Assembly: GCA_973895155.1 (NCBI GenBank)
Contig: OZ316893.1
Coordinates: forward strand, 11,227,660-11,291,659
Length of the DNA stretch: 64,000 bases
Direction: 5' to 3'
Origin: Marsupella aquatica
Lineage: Eukaryota; Plantae; Marchantiophyta
Shown: piece by piece, positions 59,933 through 64,000 of the stretch
Numbering within the stretch: the first letter of the stretch is position 1
Layout: every line of letters starts with the position of its first letter
Position numbers and translations under genes: made by a program
The notes under the pieces: model-generated
Told to the model about the DNA's origin: nothing
The model's input: the letters and a program-made list of their open reading frames with translations, nothing else
Databases searched by the model: none

Positions 59933-62900
59933 TGGGGGTAGCAATTCCTTTTTTTCTAAGTGAAAGATGCAATCCTAGCCATTCATATGTGGGAACTGGC
60001 CACACTTCACTTTACATGAACTTGGGGGCACAATGAACCAAAAGCATTACCGAACCTAGTCATCTGTCAGTGGGCCCCTTGTGGGTCCTTTGTTTTGCTG
60101 AGGTGTGCAAGTTTTTTTTGTCAAAAACTTAGACCTCCTCTTGAGGTGGTCTAAAAACCTGTAGCAAACGGCCGCTTGTTTTCACGGAATTGCATTGATT
60201 ACTACACATTTTGGCTCAGGCATTTTATGGAGAGACATTGCATGGCCCTCACCGTCTTGTAAAGCCCCCCTTAGTATTTAATGTGTATTTTGTGACTGGT
60301 GTATTGTGTCATATAAAAACAAACAATAGTTTACAAGTGTCGGGAACAATTTTGCCAAAGTGTAACCATGTTATAAAATTTCCATAGAATCTGAAGCTCT
60401 TGTGTATTAGAAGTGGTTCTTGTGTATTAGAAGTGTAATATGTCTCACATAAACAAATCATACTTTCCCAAATGTCCCAAACACCTTGCAAAAGTATAGT
60501 TTGTGTTCTATGTAAATAAATTTGCTATGATGGAATCTGCAGCTTTTGTCTCTGAGCTCCTTATGCCCGAGGGTCACCGGGATAGGGGGATTAGACCTGT
60601 TCCATCTTGAAAAACCATGGTCCAGGATTTGTAGGAGGATCAGTCTTAGTTTCTTTCAGCTCATAAATCCCAGTCACAGGTACTCACCTTACCAAAAACA
60701 AAACAAAGACCTCAAACCAAGAATGATCACTCATTTGCTTTAGGGAATTAATAGGCAGTGAGGGCATATTTTTGGGTTCATTTTGGCCTGTCTGTCACTC
60801 CAGCTTAGTTCAATTTCTCCAAGAATCAAGTTTAATGAAAAATCAGTTAAGCCTTGAACAAGGAAGCATTTGTGTTGTGCGTATTCTTACCATACCCAAT
60901 CTGACTTGCAGGTTGTGGTAGAAAAGCATCTGATCAGAGATATCAAATGTCACTCTGTATGGAATGGTCACACTCAAACTCTTGCCGTAGACAGTACTGT
61001 AACACAATTAAATCGCGGCAGTTGAGAGGAATGGTGACAATTCTTGGAGTTTGAGACATCAATTTTCACTTCACTGACCAGTTGTACAAACTTGTTGTTC
61101 TTCAAAAGTACCTGCAAAGGATGTCATTTTTGCAGACAACCATTTTTGTTTGTAATGACAGTGCCTCACATTCTGCACATCAATGTTTGGGTATGTACAG
61201 ATCAGCTGGAGAGATAGTTTAATTTTGGTTTATCATGACAACAACATATTCCAGTATTAGGAATGATCTCCTTTTGATTATTTGGTGTGTTTGTAGTAAG
61301 TTGCATAGGAGGCAGTTGGTTATATATGGGAGACCACATATCACAAATCAATGGTTTTCCGTGCCAGTATTTAGATACTATCTCTCCTTTTTCACCGTAA
61401 AAAAAAACTTATGTCAAACTGCATGGGTAGTGTTCCACCTCCAATCCCTCCCACTAATGATGCCATTCAGTGTAGTCAGCTGGATGTACAGCAAGTGGCC
61501 AACTACTGTACTTGCACGTTCGTTGGATGATTGACATATGCATGTTATCTTTGAGTAATGGTTGTTTTCAGGCAACAAATTTTAGCCAGAAATAACTAAG
61601 ACTTTTTGGAGATGTTGTACCCCCAATAGCCACAGATTACTGGGCATTGATCCCGGAGTGGAGTTTTGCTCTAATTCAAATAAATATTGTATCAAAAGTT
61701 AGATAACCCTAGGGCTGGGTTAACCGTCTTACTAATAAAGGGCAATTGAAACCTATTGTTCAGGGTTGCTCTCTAGAGTGAAGTCTCTAGATTGGATGCA
61801 ATTATAATGGGAAACAGAAAGTGAAAATACAGAATCTTACTAATAAATTAAGTGCAATCAAAACCTCCTGTTCTGGGCTATTGTCTAGCGGGTCTACTGT
61901 GACTCTAATGGGATAATGGAAAATGCATACAAAATGAAAACAGGGATAGGGGCAAAGATGAACTGGAAATAATCAGAAAGTTATGGATTTGTGATATATC
62001 CCATAACTCAAGTTATGGGCCCAATTATAGAATTTAAAAAATGGGGGGAGGTACCATTGACCCGCCCCATAACGCAGGAGAACGTTAGGGCCTCACCTGT
62101 CTCATAGCATATATTCTTTTTTTCTCAATTCTTGATCAGCCACCACCTCAGATGCAGCAGCGATCATCACGTTAGGAGAAAATCTCACTTGTCTTCAGTC
62201 ACGGCTGAGTCCTGGATTCCGGATTTCCACCTAAAGTTGCAGGAAAACTACGGATTGTGTTGAGCCTGCTTGATTTCCTCACGGTAACCGAAGATAGGTT
62301 CTCATAACTTTTACGGGAATTTCCATAGTACTTGAGTTCTAGAATGGCCTTATCTTGTTAAGGCCAAGCTTTCAGACTCCCTATTATGTGTCCACAAATA
62401 CTCTTATATGTATAGTGCAAAGAAACCCCGCCCCATGGGAGATACACTAAGCATCCATAGAAAGGGAGATCTGATAACCCAGGGCTACGACAGCAGCAGG
62501 GGATTTATGGTTCTTAGGCATCCATAGAAATACAAAGAAACAGGAAGGTTTAGAGCCACAAAAAATGAAACGTTGGCCCCAGCTTCCATTCTTGCCACCC
62601 GTCCACGTAGCACTCAGCAAGGGCCCTCTAGATACAGATGGACGCGAGTGCGCGAGTCTCGCTCCAGATTTGCAATTCTCGTCGCTGCCATGATCGTGCC
62701 AATTGCAGACGCAGCTTCCATATCTCTAGAAACTGTCGAGCACTGCGATATCATTGTCTGCGGGTTGTTGCTGGAGTGATGGCGAGTGCGTTGAGTGATT
62801 GATTGAGGCAGGTGGGATTGGCGTCCGAGACTCGTCACTCTCTAGTCTTGTTCTTGAGTTGAAACACAATCTCGATGTTGTTGTTCAAGACTTGAAACTG

Positions 62901-63465
62901 CTGTAGTCACTCACTCTCTAATCTTGTCCTTGAGTTGAAGCTAGCGCATTCATCACTCTCCAATCTTGCTGAATCTCGAAGGTTGCGGAAAGGGAGGTGA
63001 TCATGTCGTGAAGGATCGTATCGCAGGTCTGAATTTGGCCCGAGAGATATTGTGCGTTGAGGGAAGAACAGGGGACGAACCCGCCTTTGGTAATCCAAGG
63101 ATGGAAGAATAACAGACAATTCTGGTCTCATGTTGCTGGACATCAGATTGATTGGTGAATTGGTTCTACGACGTCCTCCCATTGTGCGTGGCCTGCCTGA
63201 GCAAGCAAAAAGATCGGTGATTTGGTGCTCCCTGGGTGTGGCTATCTGGATAATTCAGTCCTTGCTGTTGGCCCGGGATGCCAGGGTCTCGGTTCTGGTA
63301 TAGCCCTGCAAAATCGTTCATGCCTGCCTGGGAAAGCTGGAGAATTCACTTGTCTCGGGTATCTGATTGAAGAGTAGGGTTGCGGTGGTGAGTGAGTCGT
63401 TGAAGACTTCGAGCATTTTTTTACAGTATTTATTTTTGGGTGTACGCTTGTAGTTAAGAACTGGA

Positions 63466-63921
63466 ATGTCTCTAAGGGACAGATTCTTAGCCATGAGCGG
63501 GAACATGGACTCCCAGAGTGGAAAATTGCGCGGTCCTGCTGAGAAGACGAGTTCTGAGATAGGGAGCTGCCCAGTAGAGGACAGTCAGGAGAAGCTTGTT
63601 CCTGACGCCCGAGACTATTCACAAGAAGCAGAGACTTTGGGCGAGAAGGTTAGGAAGGAGGTGAGGAATCGTTTGGGTACCCTTGGCGACGAAATGTTCG
63701 ACGAAGATGATTCAGCGGAGGTTCAGGTCTTCGACGAAGAGGAGATTGTCCGGGGGACACGAGGAGTGGGAGCATTGTGGAAACTGGCGCTTTGTGTGAC
63801 CTTATCATTTGCAAGTTACATCTTTTTTAGCGGTCCCCACTTTGAGCCCAATTGGATTCCCAACATCACAGAGAGAGATCCTATCCCTAAAATCTACCGT
63901 CAGAGGAACAGGAAAAAATAG
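63466..63921 (+). CDS. Probable membrane protein (acidic N-terminus + one TM), possibly the first exon of a gene running out of the window
   Basis: Coding-like ORF after a long leader-like region (~62700-63460). Likely start at MSGNMDS (63493). TM segment ALWKLALCVTLSFASYIFF. Possible GC donor (GCAAGT at 63811). Confidence 0.6.
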   Translation: MSLRDRFLAMSGNMDSQSGKLRGPAEKTSSEIGSCPVEDSQEKLVPDARDYSQEAETLGEKVRKEVRNRLGTLGDEMFDEDDSAEVQVFDEEEIVRGTRGVGALWKLALCVTLSFASYIFFSGPHFEPNWIPNITERDPIPKIYRQRNRKK

Positions 63922-64000
63922 TTGTTATCATGCTAGAGTTGCGTTTCATTTTGTGCTGCAAAGGATTGGTGGACTCTGTAATTTTCGTCCACAAACATTG

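Overview
Eukaryotic land-plant nuclear DNA, repeat-rich and gene-sparse. A bryophyte, possibly a liverwort, is inferred from GT-AG introns, long CT-rich leaders, a PHD-bearing Ty3 relic and a CRE-type RLE retroelement relic; the taxon is not proven. Apparently intact genes: a single-exon 294-aa plant protein with 11-aa tandem repeats (minus), a 4-exon SEC14/CRAL-TRIO lipid-transfer gene (plus), and an intronless GC-rich 434-aa membrane protein that looks fungal rather than plant (minus, candidate horizontal transfer). There are also weaker ORFs at about 28.3, 39 and 63.5 kb. The first 5 kb hold a decayed, probably TE-borne chimeric gene joining a DNA polymerase lambda-like BRCT domain to an EDM2-like PHD-finger module, interrupted by a MITE. 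Other TEs include Mutator-like elements with 10-bp TSDs, a solo LTR with a 5-bp TSD, a long truncated LTR and several MITEs. A dense GTAC cluster (SBP/SPL, copper-response core) lies at 33.6-34.3 kb. No rRNA, tRNA or CRISPR array was seen. All homology calls are from recalled motifs, not database searches.
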